DNA of 63,990 nt, counting the filler, from Octopus bimaculoides (taxonomy: Eukaryota), in NCBI RefSeq assembly GCF_001194135.2. It is 7 parts of 7 records of this genome, joined end to end, with 100 filler letters (N's around TTAATTAATTAA, not from the genome) between each part and the next. Parts side by side here need not be neighbours in the genome. Positions count along the whole stretch, not along the records: positions 62,847 to 63,990 come from NW_026417315.1; 6 more parts are not named here. One strand, written 5' to 3'. The notes beneath the pieces were generated by a model. That model was not told the DNA's origin, made no database searches, and was given only the letters and a program-made list of their open reading frames with translations. The position numbers and the translations under genes were made by a program. Below, in pieces: positions 62,847-63,990 of the stretch. How positions within the stretch are numbered: position 1 is the first letter of the stretch; each line of letters begins with the position of its first letter.

Positions 62847-63990
62847 TAGGCACGAAATATCGAACAAACGTACGTAAGAACGAACGAACGAACAAAGGTG
62901 CGAACGAACGAACGAATGAACGAACGTACGTACGTGTTACGTAGGTAGGTAAATATCGAACAAACGTACGTAAAAACGAACGAACAAACGAATGAACGAA
63001 CGAAAGTACGAACGAACGAACGAATGAACGAATGAACGAACGAACGAATGAATGAACGAATGAACGAACGAACAAACGTACGTACTTACGTAGAAACAAA
63101 CGACGGAAAGAACTAATGGGCGAGCGAACGAACGAACGTACGTACGTTCGTACAAACGAAAGTACTAACGAACGAACGAACTAATGAACAACGAAACGAA
63201 TGAACGTCCGTACGTCCAAACGAACGAACGAACATAGGTACGTAGGTACGAAGGGACGAACGAACGAACGTACGAAATAACGAACGTGCGTACGTAAGTA
63301 CGTACGAACGAATGTTCGTACTTACGTATGTACGTACGTAAGTTCGTTCGTTCGTTCGTACGTACGTTCGTTCGTTCGTAATTATGTATGTACGTACCTT
63401 CATTCGTTCGTTCGTTTCTTCGTTAATTCTCTCGTTCGTTCGTTCGATCGTACTTACGTACGTAGGTACGACCGAACAATGAAACGAACGTACGTACGTA
63501 TTACCTAGGCACGAAATATCGAACAAACGTACGTAAGAACGAACGAACGAACAAACGTGCGAACGAACGAACGAATGAACGAACGAACGTACGTACGTGT
63601 TACGTAGGTACGTAAATATCGAACAAACGTACGTAAGAACGAAAGAACAAACGAATGAACGAAAGAAAGTACGAACGAACGAACGAATGAACAAACGAAC
63701 GAATGAACGAACGAATGAACGAACGAACAAACGTACGTACTTACGTAGAAACGAACGACGGAAAGAACTAATGGGCGAGCGAACGAACGACCGTACGTAC
63801 GTACGTACAAACGAAAGTACTAACGAACGAACGAACTAATGAACAAACAAACGAATGAACGTCCGTACGTCCAAACGAACGAACGAACATAGGTACGTAC
63901 GTACGAATGGACGAACGAACGAACGTACGTACGGACGAACGAACGTACTTACGTATGAACGAACGAACGAAAGAAAGAATGTGCATACCT
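62847..63990. repeat. CpG-rich complex satellite built from GAAC, GTAC and GAAT tetramers, with a 659-bp higher-order unit
   Basis: taggcacgaaatatcgaacaaacgtacgtaagaac starts at 62847 and again at 63506. The unique anchors gacggaaagaactaatgggcgagc and gtccgtacgtccaaac recur in register. Confidence 0.92.

Overview
AT-rich animal genomic DNA, dense in repeats. The SINE, MITE and LINE families look like those of Octopus; this is inferred from recalled family motifs, not from a database search. About a sixth of the window is N gaps. Six 100-bp artificial spacers (N44-TTAATTAATTAA-N44) join seven separately assembled pieces, so adjacency across them is not evidence of linkage. I found no intact protein-coding gene, tRNA, rRNA or CRISPR array, and most ORFs in the track are microsatellite or N read-through. 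The recognisable coding remnants are all transposon-derived: an R4/Dong-like RLE LINE, Tx1/L1, CR1, three RTE pieces, Penelope RT and GIY-YIG pieces, two mariners, a DD37D-like transposase and a Helitron helicase with its 3' terminus. There are also many copies of three tRNA-derived SINE families (labelled A, B and C here), two sibling hAT MITEs with 8-bp TSDs, and a CpG-rich satellite with a 659-bp higher-order unit. The best non-TE candidate is a 129-nt gap-free hairpin at 28308-28436 whose 9 transition-type mismatches are all A:C on + (G·U on -). This suggests a strand-specific structured RNA such as a pri-miRNA, hpRNA or ADAR substrate. A second notable signal is that the 3' tail of SINE C matches the 3' end of the Tx1 LINE in the same window.
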